DNA of 64,000 nt from Lama glama. Taxonomy: Eukaryota. Under the pieces are notes generated by a model that made no database searches, had not been told where the DNA came from, and saw nothing but the letters and a program-made list of their open reading frames with translations. Positions 62,868 to 64,000 of this stretch are shown piece after piece. The stretch covers positions 88,786,001 through 88,850,000 of the forward strand of contig CM052816.1 in NCBI GenBank assembly GCA_028534125.1, in the 5' to 3' direction. Every line of letters begins with the position of its first letter. Within the stretch, counting starts at the first letter, position 1. The translations under genes and the position numbers were made by a program.

Positions 62868-64000
62868 ATCATTTTATTGAAATGTATTTGATTTACAATA
62901 TTGTGTTAGTTTCTGGTGTATAGCTTAGTGATTCACATATATATATGAGTATATATGTATTCTTTTTCATATTATTTTTTGTTACAGGTTATTACAAGAT
63001 ACTGAATATAGTTCCCTGTGCTATACAGTCGGATTTTGTTGTTTATCTATTTTATATAAAGTAATTTGCATCTGCTAATCCCAAACTCCTAATTTATCAC
63101 CTCCCTTCCCCTTTGGTAACCAAGTTGATTTTCTACGTCTGTGAGTCTGTTTCTGTTTTGTAAATAAGTGCATTTCTATCATTTTTTTAAGATTCCACAT
63201 ACAAGTGATATCATATGATATTTGTCTTTGTCTGATTTACTTCACTCAAAATGATAACCTCTAGGTCCATTTATGCTGGAAATGGCATTATTTCATTCTT
63301 TTTATGGCTGAGTAGTATTCCATTGTACACATATACCACATCTTATTTATCCAATCATCTGTCCATGGATATTTTGATTGCTTCCATGTCTTGTCTATTG
63401 TAAAGAGTGCTGCTATGAACATTGGGGTGCATGTATCTTTTCGAATTAGAGTTTTCATCTTTTCTGGATATATGCTGAGGAGTGGGGTTGCTGGATCATA
63501 CAGTAAGTCTATTTTAGCTTTTTAAGCTCCATACCGTTCTCCATAGTGGCTGCATCAACTTACATTCCCACCAACAGTATAGAAGCGTTCCCTTTTCTCT
63601 ACACTCTTGCCAGCATTTATCGTTTGTGGACTTTTTAATGACAGCCAGTCTGAGAGGTGTGAAGTGCTACTATGTAGTTTTGATTTGTATTTCTCTGATA
63701 ATAGTGATATTGAACATCTTTTCATGTGCCTGCTGGCCATCTATATGACTTCACTGGAAAAATATCTATTTAGGTCTTCTGTCCATTTTTTAATTGAATC
63801 GTTTGTTTTTTTGGTTAGTGAGTTATGTGAGCTGTTTTTGAACATGATGTTTTGAACATTATCAGTTATATGAGCTGATATGAACAGTAAGCCCTTGTGA
63901 GTTGTGTTGTTTGCAAATATTTTCTCCCAGTCTGTAGGCTGTCTTTTTGTTTTGTTTATGGTTTCCTTTGCTGTGCAAAGGCTTATAAGTTTAATTTAGG
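62868..64000 (-). mobile_element. LINE-1 3' UTR and ORF2 C-terminus, continuing beyond the window
   Basis: ORF 63555-63740 begins [13 protein letters not shown], a frameshifted L1 ORF2 end. Closely colinear with the element at 5233-6428. Confidence 0.95.

Noticed and set aside
1..64000. CRISPR arrays, operons, tRNA/rRNA/snRNA genes, processed pseudogenes, NUMTs
   Set aside because: None was recognised on reading both strands. Short or diverged ncRNAs could be missed without a covariance-model search.

Overview
This is AT-rich placental-mammal genomic DNA. I found no complete protein-coding gene, RNA gene or prokaryotic-type system. The most coherent reading is the 5' end of a large + strand gene. 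A small CpG-rich promoter and non-coding first exon (~135-499, CAG|GTAAGA donor) is followed by more than 60 kb of intron. That intron holds a possible second first exon (~10390-10690) and a possible 66-nt internal exon (30210-30275). I cannot identify the gene. The rest is a typical eutherian repeat landscape: antisense L1 3' fragments (three with visible target-site duplications, TSDs), L2, MIR, an L3/CR1 relic, an ERVL gag-pro relic, an ERV1-type solo LTR with a 4-bp TSD, many MaLR (MLT1/MST) LTRs, MER2 and MER5 DNA transposons, microsatellites and two assembly gaps. I saw no Alu, Bov-tA/BovB, PRE-1 or Can-SINE. That absence and the look of the youngest L1 3' end suggest a camelid, which is an inference. 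Every long ORF in the track is explained by repeats, N-gaps or chance. Repeat family names come from recalled consensus sequences, and boundaries without a TSD are approximate. I found no convincing novel biological system; the findings are modest, testable leads.
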